DNA of 64,000 nucleotides from Eukaryota sp. GEM-RC1 (Eukaryota): NCBI GenBank assembly GCA_040285855.1, contig JAUFOQ010000001.1, positions 372,001 to 436,000 of the forward strand, read 5' to 3'. Shown piece by piece: positions 37,690 to 49,554 of this stretch (position 1 is its first letter; each line of letters starts with the position of its first letter). The notes under the pieces were generated by a model. It saw only the letters and a program-made list of their open reading frames with translations, ran no database searches and was not told where the DNA came from. The position numbers and the translations under genes were made by a program.

Positions 37690-38821
37690 TATGAGTGACT
37701 TTGGTACCTCAAGAGTACTGTCAGAAACAACTCCACTCAAAGTTAATCAATTGACCTTTACTTTTAAATACCTAGCTCCTGAAGCTTTGTCTAATAGAAA
37801 GTCACTCAAATTGGATATCTACAGCCTTGGTATGATTCTTTACGAATTGTTTTGCAATGAGCTTGTTCTTGGAGTCCAAATGTGTGCTTTGCAATTAATT
37901 TTTCCTGCACGTATTGACCAATGTATTGTTGATCTGGTTTCAAGTTGTTGCCACGTGGACATGAAGGAAAGACCAAAACTAAAAGATATTTATGAATCAT
38001 TGAACAAACTATCTGAAGAATTTCCAAAGGATTGCAAGTCTATTGAAGATGAATTAAACAGTCATGCAAATGATCGTTCTTCTGCTGGTTTTGAGAATTT
38101 GATCAAACAGAATTCTGAATTGTACAGTAGAGTTTTGTCATTACAATCAGAACTTTCTGAAAAGATACGTGAATTATCACAGTGTCAAGAGTTTTCGGAA
38201 AATTTTTAAACAACAGGGTCTCCTTATTGAGGTTGCAATTGAATTCAATGGAACCTCAGTCTGTTCTGTCGACAATCAGTTAGCTTCTACAAAACAGAAG
38301 AATTGAGAAATTGATGCAGAAAACTCTCTTCCAGCATTTGAACGATTGAAGGTGACAGATATTCAATCAGTTCATCAATAAGTGTAATGAATTTCTCTCA
38401 AATTAGAAAGAATTCTCAGTTACGTGTTAGTGAAGATGGAAAGAGAGTGGTTGTTGCAAGTGATAGTTGTCGTGTTAGGAATATCTTGGGAGAAGATCCA
38501 CTTCATCCAGGTAATGAGTATACTTGGAAGTTGAGATATCAGGGGACTACTCATAGTCTTTTTGTAGGAGTCATTGACGAGTCAAAGTTTAGAGTTGGTG
38601 GAAGTTGTTGGACGAATGTTCACTGTTTTGGAAATGGAAAATACGCTTTTGGTTGTCTCTCAGAAAACAAGACCAAGCGGATTCCTAGTGAATTACTCGA
38701 AATCAAAGCGGATCTAATTAATTACACTTTAACAATCAAATCTATGGGTAATTCTTCAATTAACCTTACTGGAACTCTTCCCAGATTAAGTGGCGGTAAT
38801 TACTATCTGTATGTTTACTAA
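37690..38821 (+). pseudogene. Protein kinase C-lobe + coiled coil + SPRY-like domain, truncated and disrupted
   Basis: DFG, YLAPE, DIYSLGMILYEL, ERP; N-lobe and HRD absent; stops in 38209-38387; YTWKLRY...LFVGVI SPRY-like. Confidence 0.7.
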
Positions 38822-40110
38822 TTTCATTGTGATCATGAACTTGAAATCATTGAATAAAGTTCATATCATTGTCATTTGGACTAAAACAATGTCAGATCTG
38901 CAGCCAATGTTTCCAGCATATCAACACAACTGGTTCTCACAAATGATGATGTGTTTTATTCAACTTCTTCCTCGATTGTCTCCGTCACCAGCACTCTCAA
39001 GATTCTCTGTTTTGATCACTTTCTGCTTAGTTACGATTGACCATAGCAGTTACATAAGTAGAATGGAAAACACCTTTATGTACTCATACATATAAAGAAA
39101 ATCAGCAATATTAACAGAGGAGATTCTAATACCTCTACAACATCTCACAATTGTCTCAATTCAAAGAGACGGTTGAAATCGAATCAAAACACCTAAACAA
39201 TGCTTTGAAAAGGGAAAACGACAAAAAGTAGAATTAATAGTGTACTATTGCTATCGTGTTTTGTCATTTTGACCTGTTTTACAACTTCTAATAAGACAAA
39301 GTTTGAACGCAGTACGACTGCTTTGTTGCAAACAACTACATGTAAGCATACTATTGTTTTGATCCGTTCAAATTTGTTCTTTTGGAATCATTAGTTAGGT
39401 TATGTCAGTTTTTCAATATAACATCGGTTGTTTAAAAGAAATTGTTTATGAAATATGGCTTATTACTCTTAAGTTTGATAATGTTTTCCAATGTCACTCA
39501 AGAGCACTTGTCAGCGGGAATAGCTAAAACAAAGTTTTCCCTTAAGTAAGGTTTGTAGACCTTCCAAGCGCTTTATGATATTGTCTAAAACTCCATTTAA
39601 TTGAACGTGAGCAGTCACAACAAAAGAAGAATTTCTCAGACTACGTATGGTTTTTTAAATTTGGCAGTGATACTATGACATCCGTTTTAGGAGGTTGTGC
39701 CTTAAATTCTGTATGTGATGTTATTTCTAATTTGTGCGATTTCTTTAGCTATTCTGTCAGTCATTATTGTTATTTCATTCGAATAGATATCTGTACGATT
39801 TGATAATAGGATACGTTCACGAAATCATATTTCGATAGTGATGAATGTCAAACATTATTTATGATAAACATAACATTACACTAACACAATAACATGTTTT
39901 ATTCCATATTTACTCAATTGTTCTTGTTGCATTATAAGAGTATATGTCTGAATCAGTGCCACTTGACAATGTCGTAATGTATCTGGAAAACTAATTTTTT
40001 GCTTCAATATATGGGACCTTCCAAACTTCCAATTGCTTTAAGACTGCTTCATTTCATTTAATTGCAACTTTAAAAACACTGATCAAACAGCAGTAGACAT
40101 GTTTACTAAA

Positions 40111-41037
40111 TTACAAATCATTTATAGACTTTAGAAAGACCTCAACATCCTTATCTCCAATAAGTCCATCCCTACAATCCTCAGTAACTGTTTGAATCGA
40201 GACTGAAAGATTAGTAAGTGCTCTAACAGCTTCAGTTGACTGAGTTCTTGCTTGTAGTGAAACATCTTCAACTATTGAAAGCTTTTCTGAAATGGTGTTA
40301 AAATCAGAAGTAACTTTCACCAATGTAGACGATATTTCCTCCACGTGATGGCTATTTTCTGCTAGGTTAGACTCTAGAGCTACAACTGATTCCTTTAGAC
40401 CATTCAACATTGCTGAGAATCTTGATGACGTGTCCTCGAGTAATGAGTCTATATACTCAGTTTGATTCTCTTCTCGTTGTTTCAAATAGCTATGTAACGC
40501 AACAAAGTCATCGTTCAGTTTTGCGTGTTCATTCGACAGACACTTTACTGTTTCTACTGTACTAGATAGTTGTTCAGACAGTGTATTTGATTGCTGGGAT
40601 GACTTCAGAATGTCCTTTAAGGATGTAGCTAGACGGGATATTCCATCAGCACTTGTTTTAATAGCGTTTGTTGCATCAGCCTTCCATGTAGAAAGCTCAT
40701 GTACTTTATGTTCTAGTCTGTCTACGTCCGAGGTGCTCAGTTTGGATTCAATTGCGGTAATGCGATCCTCCAGTATTGATCGGAACTTCTGTTCTTCAGA
40801 TAGCTTCTCAGACATTATACGATTGGATTCTGAAATTCTCATGACCAGTACGTCCAGACGAGCTTTGAGTTCTCCCCGTAGTTTGGTAGAAAGTTCTAGA
40901 GCAGACTCGTCAGCGTCAAGAGAGGAAGAGCTAAGACGTAGAGCCGAGTCTAATTTAGAAAGAAGATTGTTGGCGTCATCAATGAATGAGTTACTAGAGG
41001 AAGCAGTACTGGAAAGATCGTTGATAGAAAGTGACAT
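40111..41037 (-). CDS. Coiled-coil protein of unknown function
   Basis: Intact 308-aa ATG-TAA ORF rich in L/S/E/K with heptad character. Confidence 0.8.
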   Translation of the reverse strand: MSLSINDLSSTASSSNSFIDDANNLLSKLDSALRLSSSSLDADESALELSTKLRGELKARLDVLVMRISESNRIMSEKLSEEQKFRSILEDRITAIESKLSTSDVDRLEHKVHELSTWKADATNAIKTSADGISRLATSLKDILKSSQQSNTLSEQLSSTVETVKCLSNEHAKLNDDFVALHSYLKQREENQTEYIDSLLEDTSSRFSAMLNGLKESVVALESNLAENSHHVEEISSTLVKVTSDFNTISEKLSIVEDVSLQARTQSTEAVRALTNLSVSIQTVTEDCRDGLIGDKDVEVFLKSINDL

Positions 41038-42964
41038 CTGAAGAGGCCAAGAAGCAGAGGGAGTTGACAGGTTTAAGTGTTTAGGATTTTTCTACTTGTA
41101 CATTGTAGATTGTTTACAAAGACAAATAATGGAGATTCTATTGTAGATTGCTGAAATCTTGTAGAATAGCAAGCTGTTTACATAAGCGACAAACTCAACT
41201 GTTTGAGCTAAAACACCAAATAGTTCGAGAAAATGCTTCATTTATCAAAGGAATGATTTCTGATTTCTATTCAATCCATCAGTGGTAGTGATGAGAGAGT
41301 GGAGTATCTGAGTAGAAATTAGCTATATTTTTGTTAGCTGGCGGGTGAAACCCCGCCATATTTGGTTAATTCCATCAGTGAAACTTAAGGTACAATGTTG
41401 TAGGGGTAACACATTGATTTCATGAACTTATGTATAAATACTGATGTATAGTGTAACACAATGTTGTTCTCACTTGGTCTAGATTTAGCGATCATTACCG
41501 ATCACTATAACTTTGATGATCGTCAATTGTTCTGTCAAGAATTCTAGGATCAAATCAAGGTGAATGTACATTGAAGTGAGGTGATATGCAATTGTTGTGG
41601 TAAAGATATGGATGATGATGATATATGGTAAAAGGCAAACTAGCAAACTAAGAACAGACTAAGAAAAGACTAAATCGTAACTCACGAATCTATATCAGAT
41701 TGGTCACTCTGGACATAGGTGATGTCAATTTCGGGAAGCAGGGAGTACATATCGAGGAACGCGGACTGTGGCAACGAAGATTGAGGTCCTAGAAAAGAAG
41801 CTGCGCCAGATGCAAAACAGGAAACTCCGCCCAACATAACAGAAGGCGAGGGGGGAAACAGCGGGTGCTACGCTACTCATGATACTAGAAATCATGTTTG
41901 GAATCATGACATGAACCATTGTTGAGATTGGGAGAAGAGAGAGAAAAAAGCTCAGAATCATCTCCTTTTGGACATCATCAACCCTGGATTTCTACTCCCT
42001 TATCTTCTGATTTAGGGTAGTACAGCAGCTGTAAATCATAGGGTCATTTTCCCATCACAAGTACGGTTCAACTAGTAGCAGAGCCGGCTTGTTCTAATAT
42101 GCCGCTCACAATTCACATCGAAAAGTATATTGCGTCAAGCTTAAAATTGAACTACACAATGGAGACAAGTAGTTATCACAAATGTCTTAGGCAAAGTTAT
42201 ATATATACATTGATTAATATTGAAACATCCATCATTCGTCACTTAAATACGGCCTTTAGATCTTGTTGCTAAATTTCGCACAAAATTGTTGAGTTAGGAA
42301 CATTTAAGAACAATTACTAGCTGATCGGTAATAGATCATCAATTACGACAAGTATGTTCTCGGAAAACAACTTCAATAACATTCCTTTCTGCAGCCTAAC
42401 CCTAAATCTACCACCACATGGATGCAGAATTTAGTAACTGCAGAAGTGTGTTGTACATCAAAAATAGAGTGTAGTATTGTCATAACTAACTACGACTACG
42501 TTTTTTCCATCTTGAGCCAGCAAATGCTAGAAGTATATAGACTACTCAGTACGGATTCGATTACATCTATAGACTTCTGAGGAGGAAGTATTAATTTAAG
42601 ATACGCATTGATGATCGTAGTTTTTTACAAATAAAGACTGATGTATCTAATTAGTAATCATAGATAGAATTAGAAGTCTAACACTGTATTGACACATGTC
42701 AAAGTTCACTTAAGGTAACTCTGTGTTAGTCAATGCTGTCGGCATTTGGCAGTACATCTTCCTAGTTTCCAAGATCCAAGAGTGTTTTCTAGCTTAAAGC
42801 TGCACCCAATACTTTGTAAGAGTTCTACTTGAAACTGACAAATGTTTCAGTGTTACATCAGTGTTCTCTTAGGCCAGGACAAAAACATTCAAATTACAAA
42901 AACATCTCTATTATTTAAACAAAAACAGACTCAACAGTGTTATTTATCAAACATCTAGATTCAT

Positions 42965-44299
42965 TTAACGAATCTTCTTCTTTTCATCATCAATGAATTT
43001 CATTCTTTCTAATAAAGGAGGATGTGAGTGACAGGCAAAAACTGTTAAAGGATGAGGGTCAATATCAGACAAATTCTCAACATTCAACTTAATCAAAGCT
43101 TCTTTCAAAGGCAAATCAAGACCAGGAACTCTAACAGCAAATCTATCAGCTTGACGTTCAAACATTCTAAATAAAGCATTAATCATAATAGAGATCACGT
43201 CATCAGAAGGTCCAAGAACAGTCGAAAACACTAACATTGACAGTACAATTGGACAATAAGCAACCATAAACTCTGATGCAATACTTTCCTGATACTCTAA
43301 AGCCTTTGAAAACAAGAACAAAAACACAACTAAATTAACTTGCTGCAACACCATCATTGCCAACGTGTGTTTCTTCTTCTTATGACCAATCTCATGACTC
43401 AACACAGCAATCACTTCATCAGAGGTCAACTGTTCAATTAAAGTGTCATACAAGACCAATTTCCTAGCACGTGGTAATAATCCAATAAAGAAAGCGTTAC
43501 TCTTCTTACTTCTTCTACTGGCATCCATAGAGAAAACTTCAGAGATTTGAAAGTTAGTTCGAGATGACAACTCATGAATCTTTTCATTAAGTTCTTCATC
43601 CTCAATGGGAGAAAACTTATTAAAAAGAGGCATAATGAAGTTAGGAATAAGTACCGAGAACAAGAGAGACAAGAAGAAGAGGACGACAGCGAGGTAAATG
43701 TAGAACATCGGGCCAGTCTGTCGAATGATGTAGATCACCAGAGCAGTCATTGGGGGAGCAATGACTAGTTTGAGGAGAGTGGATTTGATTAAATCAATGA
43801 CGAAGAGTTTCTTGGTCATTGTGTTGAACCCATATCTTTCTTCAATTACGAATGTACCGTATAAAGAGAATGGTAAGCTTCTAATGATGGAGATGGGGAT
43901 CGAAATGAGGAGTAGGGCGATGGAAGTGGTGATCTCACCGACTTCCCACCAAGCTACTTTAACGGCTAATGTATGAGAGAAGTTCCAGAAGTAGGAGAAT
44001 AGGGGAGTTGTAAGTGTTGCGATGGTTGATATTTCAGAGAGGATGGAGCTGCAGAAGCCCAGCATTGCTTTATCTGCACTGTATAGACGAGATTTCTTGA
44101 ACTTGTCCTCAGGGATCACGTCTTTCAGTGCTTCAGGAGGAGAAGTTTTAGTTTTGTAACGACGATATTGTGTTATGGCAAGAAAGTATGACCAAACAGA
44201 AGACAAAACATATGCAACAAGGCATGCCGATCTGATAGGATATAACCGGGCAAGGTCAACAACAACTGTGTAATCTAGATTTGAGAAGAAGTTAGTCAT
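42965..44299 (-). CDS. STE24: CAAX prenyl protease 1 (peptidase M48A)
   Basis: Multi-TM; YGTFVIEERYGFN, MDASRRSKKSNAFF, LYDTL, HEIGH, ERQADRFA, HSHPPLLER. Confidence 0.96.
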   Translation of the reverse strand: MTNFFSNLDYTVVVDLARLYPIRSACLVAYVLSSVWSYFLAITQYRRYKTKTSPPEALKDVIPEDKFKKSRLYSADKAMLGFCSSILSEISTIATLTTPLFSYFWNFSHTLAVKVAWWEVGEITTSIALLLISIPISIIRSLPFSLYGTFVIEERYGFNTMTKKLFVIDLIKSTLLKLVIAPPMTALVIYIIRQTGPMFYIYLAVVLFFLSLLFSVLIPNFIMPLFNKFSPIEDEELNEKIHELSSRTNFQISEVFSMDASRRSKKSNAFFIGLLPRARKLVLYDTLIEQLTSDEVIAVLSHEIGHKKKKHTLAMMVLQQVNLVVFLFLFSKALEYQESIASEFMVAYCPIVLSMLVFSTVLGPSDDVISIMINALFRMFERQADRFAVRVPGLDLPLKEALIKLNVENLSDIDPHPLTVFACHSHPPLLERMKFIDDEKKKIR

Positions 44300-44382
44300 G
44301 TGTTGGTCAAAAAGTTGATGTCTAAAAGTTCTTCAGTTGATTCCCTCTGTTCTGTTATGATATAGAACTAGAAGGATCTTGT

Positions 44383-45216
44383 ATGAAACTATTGTCAGTT
44401 GAAGCACTTTCTGATATCCTTACGGCTGATCTTGATGAGTTAAGTATACTCTACTGTACACCACTCTCAAGCTCTTCTCCACCACCCACTGCCTTGATCC
44501 CTGGTACCGTTGTTGTTGACACAAATGTTCTTGAACACTCCCCAGATTGGAATCTCATATGTCCATCTTGTTTACTAGACATTCTGGCTTTTAATGATAT
44601 ATCCCTCAACACTATGATTGTTGTTTATTCCGATCTTGATTTAATGCCAGCATGTCGTCTCCTGTTCTCTCTCCACTCTTTAGGTTTCTCTTCTTTACAT
44701 CTATTAAACGGCAGTCTCAAGATGTGGACATTAGCAGGAAACTATCTATCCAACCGCTTCTCCTTTCTGCGTGTTCCCCCTTTCAACACATGTTCTACTC
44801 TGTCATTCCCTCACACCTGCACATTTGATGACGTTTGCTCTTTCCTAATGCGGAATGACACTATCATTGTTGACGTTAGATCTTCTGATGAACACCACGC
44901 ACTCTCTTCTGGTTACTGTTATATAGAAGAGAAAGGGAAAATTCCTTTGTCAGTATGGGGAAATTCAGGAACCAATGCTCATAAAATCGAGTCTCTTGTA
45001 GTCAATGATTCCCTCGTGGATTTTGACCTTTTGAAGAAGATTTGGCTTGAAGTTGGATTAAGTCCTGAAAAGACTATAGTTTTCTATTGTGGTACTGGTT
45101 GGCGAGCATCAGTAGCTTTTGTTTGTGCAGTTATGATGGGTTTTGAGAAGGTATTTCTTTATGACGGAGGTTGGCTTGATTGGAGTAGTCATATGAAACA
45201 ATTTTCAAATATTTAA
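44383..45216 (+). CDS. Two-domain rhodanese sulfurtransferase, YnjE-like
   Basis: VDVRS, SGYCYIEEKGKIP..WGNSG, active-site loop YCGTGWRAS, LYDGGWLDWS. Confidence 0.9.
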   Translation: MKLLSVEALSDILTADLDELSILYCTPLSSSSPPPTALIPGTVVVDTNVLEHSPDWNLICPSCLLDILAFNDISLNTMIVVYSDLDLMPACRLLFSLHSLGFSSLHLLNGSLKMWTLAGNYLSNRFSFLRVPPFNTCSTLSFPHTCTFDDVCSFLMRNDTIIVDVRSSDEHHALSSGYCYIEEKGKIPLSVWGNSGTNAHKIESLVVNDSLVDFDLLKKIWLEVGLSPEKTIVFYCGTGWRASVAFVCAVMMGFEKVFLYDGGWLDWSSHMKQFSNI

Positions 45217-45410
45217 ATTTTTGCAATAAACTATATTTTGATCTGCATATTTGAATTAATGTCTTCCGTCCACTTCATAAACAGCATTGGTCTATTGACC
45301 GATTGGTTGTCAAACTATGGTAGTTAGTTGGTTTAGTTAATGGTGTTGGAAATTCACTTCAACCATGAGAGAATCAGTCTTCATTGGTGTTTTGTCTTGA
45401 TCTTCCTTTT

Positions 45411-47895
45411 ATGTCCGTTACCACAAGATCAAAAACAAGAGCCACCTCTTTATCTGCTCCGGCTCCTCCTACCAACTTAACTCAACCTCCACTTAAGACG
45501 AGTCGTTCCTCAGATGACTCTCCAACAGTTTATGATGGTACTAGTATTGTGTGTGCCAACTCTACCCCATCACCTCCTTTAATGATATTGACGCCCTCCC
45601 TCCTTCATGAATCTTCTCCTAAACGTCTCTATCTCCAACAGTCCTTGTTGGTTCTGATACAATCTCATTACCTCAAACTTCACGTGAAGTCTTTTTGTAG
45701 TGTGAAGGTCATTAAACGTCCCTTCGTTCTATTGACGGATAATCTCCTCTCATTCTTCCAAAAAGTTGGCTACATAAGCAATCGTTTCCTTGAATGTTCT
45801 TCTCTAGCAGTTAAGGTGTTTTTAGAAAGAAACACCTTTTCTGTCAATATTGTACATCTCTCCACACTTTGTTACATGGCTTCAATTTTTAAAGCAAATG
45901 TTAACTCGGTGTATGCTACAGTGTGCGATCGAACTCTAGTAAAAGACCTTGGTAAGTATACTTCAGTTATCACTCATTTAGAATCATATGATTGTTGCGA
46001 ACTACAACACTTCCTCGATCCTTCGTCTTCTGATTTCCTGTCACGTCTACGAGTTCTTGAAGTAACCAAGAAGGTTTTCCGGTACAATGATACATTTACT
46101 TCATTTTGTAAATGTTTAATGGTTAATACTACTGTTGTTGATTTCATTATTTCAATTGGTTCCCTTTGTTCTGCTGAAGCTGCCTCGCTGGCAGAAGTGT
46201 TTTCTTTAAATAAGACCTTACGAACAATTTGTTTAAAATCAAGTAATATTCAAGACCGAGAATCTTTGATTCTATTTACCGCAATTTCAAATAATTCAGT
46301 AATTTCAAAAATTGATTTAACTAATCTTGGTATACAGTCTTCCAATGTTCTTCTTCCACTTTTAAAGAGTTCTAGTCTTAGAAGTGTTATGTTTCCCTTT
46401 GAATTGTCGTCTTGATTCTACTATAATTAATGGTCTTAAAGTTAATTCAAATATTCAAGAAGTTGTGATACCATTTTGTAATTTTGATTCTCAAGATCTT
46501 GCTGATGTTTTAAAATTTAATACTTTTTTGAACAAACTTGAAATTCGTGGATTACCTAGCATTTCACTTTGTAAATCTCTTGAAACAAATACGTCTCTAT
46601 TGGAGTTAGTAGTTCATAATTCTAATTGGTTTCCTAACGGTTCACCTATCAATGACCAGATCCCTCAGTCGTTAAGTGAATTGTTGCAGAAAAATACAAG
46701 TCTTACTGTTTTAAATATTGATTGTAGATTTGCGAGTTCGTCTCAATTTAAAACATTTTTAAAAGGATTAGAACAGAATTCAACAGTAAAGAAAGTTATC
46801 TTACCCGAACTGAACTTTGCTTGTTTAATGTTAGTTTTTGAAGCAGTATATAATGGAAAATTATCATCAAGTGTTGATGTTTCTCCTCATTGTATTGACA
46901 CTACAACAGGCGTGTTCAGTGTTATTCCAAAAGAATCTATTCCTATATCTCTTGAAGAACTTTCGTTTTTACCTTGGTTTTTAAATTCTTTTAATATCAA
47001 AGAACTTACTTTGGGAAGATGTTTGTTTACATTTGCAGCTTTCACAGCTTTCTGTGACTCAGTCAGGGTCAATAATTCATTGACTTTTATTGACTGCAGT
47101 GATATTAATTTTTCTCAAACATCACACATGCGTCATGATACTCTGTATGATGACGGTTTCTTGAAATTGATTGATCCGCTTCAATGCAAACCTCGTATTA
47201 AACAACTCGTCCTCAGAGGTGGTTTAGTTGGATTAAAAGGACTTTGTACTATTTTTGAGCTTGTTTCTGCAAACAAATTAACTTCAAATATTCAAATTTT
47301 ACCACATTCTTTTGATTTTGATACTGGTTCTATCTATTACGCCTACTTCATTTACAATTCTGATTTACTTGCATTGTTAGATTCTTTAAAATCAAACGTC
47401 CCTATTAAAAGAGTTAAATGTAAGCAGTGGCCAAGTCCAAGTCTAGAAGTACTTGCTAGTGTGTTTGAAATTCTTTCAATTAACAAATCAGTTATAGATC
47501 TTGATATTTCTCATCACTTCATTGACATTGAAAAAGGAATATTTAGATATTTGCCAAAAAATGGCCCTAATATAACTGTTGAACAAGTGTCATCACTGCA
47601 ATCTTTGTTAAAGTGTTCTAATCTCAAAGAACTTACCCTTAAAAGGTGTAGTTTTACTCATAATCTCGTGATTTCTTTGGCTGCTTCAATTAGGAACAAC
47701 ACTTCCTTGACTTTTGTTGACTTCAGTTTTTTGTCTATGTATAACACAAGTTTCAGAGTATTAACTGATGCACTTGCAGTACATACCTCAGTTACTAAAA
47801 TTCACTTCTGTGGTAGCTCTTTCAGTCCAAAAACTAAAGAGTATATGGAACGAAGATTAAATACTCGTGTTAAGTTTGTAGACAATAAATACTGA
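45411..47895 (+). CDS. LRR protein, paralog 1, with one extra C at ~46395-46397
   Basis: Colinear with the intact paralog 49555-52044 (tttccctttgaattgt versus tttcctttgaattgt). Confidence 0.85.
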
Positions 47896-48044
47896 GTCTT
47901 TCGTTATACTCTTAGATGCTGTAGAAGTCCGTTTTATCTTATAATCATTTTTTCCCTAACAACTTTCATCGGTCACGACTTTTATTCTATCACTCTAATA
48001 ATTTTCCAATGAACATCAGTGTAGCATACATGTATGCATTGAAA

Positions 48045-48490
48045 CGTTGCTTTTTACTAATACTGTAAAGAAGAATGTTTCAAATGTAGAAGTTGACCAT
48101 ATTGAATTGGTAGTTGAATTCTTATAGCATTGTTGCAACATATTCCATAATAAATTCGACTAGTAATAATGCGGCAGTTAACATTGGACTTGTGTGTATT
48201 CAATTCTTTTAATCAAATTTATGATTAACCAGCATTTGATTTTCAGTATAGAGTGTTTGTTGAAGAGGAAGAAGAACTCTTACTCCTCAGTGCATTAGTG
48301 GTAGCACATGTAAAGTGAACAGAGAACTTTGCAAAGTCTATCAACGAAGCTCCTCGAAAAGAATCGTTGGATTTCTTGAGAGAAAGATGTTGACTTAGGA
48401 GCTCCAAGACAGAAGACGTTCTTAAAGTCTACAAGTATGTTATCAGAGAGCTTCAAAAAGCAGATTTCTACACTTATTAAAGATCTTGAC
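48045..48490 (-). pseudogene. BTB-like family relic, copy 1
   Basis: DNA similarity to 52605-53095; multiple stops. Confidence 0.5.
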
Positions 48491-48503
48491 GGAGTCTCAA
48501 TGC

Positions 48504-48834
48504 AACACCACGCACTCTCTTCTGGTTACTGTTACATATGAGAAAAATGTAAAATTCCATTCTCAGTATGGGAAAATCAGGTACCAATGCTCATAAAATC
48601 GAGTCTCTTGTAGTCAATGATTCCCTCGTGGATTTTGACCTGTTGAAGAAGATTTGGCTTGAAGTTGGATTTAGTCCTGAAAAGACTATAGTTTTCTTTT
48701 GTGGTACTGATTGGCGAGCTTCAGTAGCTTTTGTTTGTGCAGCTATGATGGGTTTTGAGAAGGTATTTCTTTATGACGGAGGTTGGCTGGATTGGAGTAG
48801 TCGTATGAAACAATTTTCAATTGTTTTGCAATAA
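48504..48834 (+). pseudogene. 5'-truncated duplicate of the rhodanese gene
   Basis: Near-identical to 44891-45210; frameshifted; active loop changed to CGTDWR. Confidence 0.9.
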
Positions 48835-48851
48835 ACTATATTTTGATCTGC

Positions 48852-49385
48852 TACAAAAAACAGTTTATCGCTGGAGGGCACAAAATACACATCATAATAA
48901 AAGCTACGAAACACTGGACACAGAAAATTTCTGGTCCACTGTACCACAGTTTTTATACAACCTTGTCAAAATTGATTTAAAGAACTTAGGCATCAAACGA
49001 AACACAGAAACGATCAAACGGTTATGCCAAATTGAAAAGTTGAATCTCTTATTCTGAGACTTACATATACTGTAGATCCAACATCAGTAAAAAACTGGGA
49101 AGCCATTTCACCAGTACTACTAAAAATAGAGATAACAAAAGGAACAAATACAAATTTTGACCATAAATTTTGATTCGTTTTAGTAACATCTTTGGAATAC
49201 AAATCAATTTTACGTTTTTTCAGCTGTTTCTTGGTGATTGAAACCTTTTGAATTTAAGCCATTAACATAAGTTTGAGCAAATGTATTTTCGACGAAAATT
49301 CATTAATTAAATCAAGACCCCACATACTAAATTAAGGTTCAACTTTGGCATGAAATTCGTGAGCTTTAAACTTTTCAAATGTAAC
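48852..49385. mobile_element. 534-bp segment present only in duplication unit 2, probably a transposon remnant
   Basis: Unit 1 reads gatctgc|atatttgaa without it; ends taca...tgta(ac). Confidence 0.45.
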
Positions 49386-49554
49386 ATATTTGAATTAATG
49401 TCTACCGTCCACTTCATAAACAGCGTTGGTCTTCTTGAACGATTGGTTTTCAAACTATGGTAGTTGTAGTTGAATTACTGTAGTTAATTGTGTTGGAAAT
49501 TCCCTTCAACCAGAGAATCAGTGTACATTGGTGTCATGTCTTGATCTTCTTTTC

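Noticed and set aside
40610..41041. Antisense ORFs (also 2119-2559, 7945-8214, 10596-10937, 31469-31834, 43761-43976)
   Set aside because: Shadows of real genes on the opposite strand
41339..41358. GC-rich hairpin tggcggg-tgaaac-cccgcca (Helitron end or ncRNA?)
   Set aside because: Single short stem with no supporting terminus or second copy
41590..42010. Possible LTR + PBS + gag remnant
   Set aside because: No second LTR, and the PBS cannot be matched to a tRNA by eye
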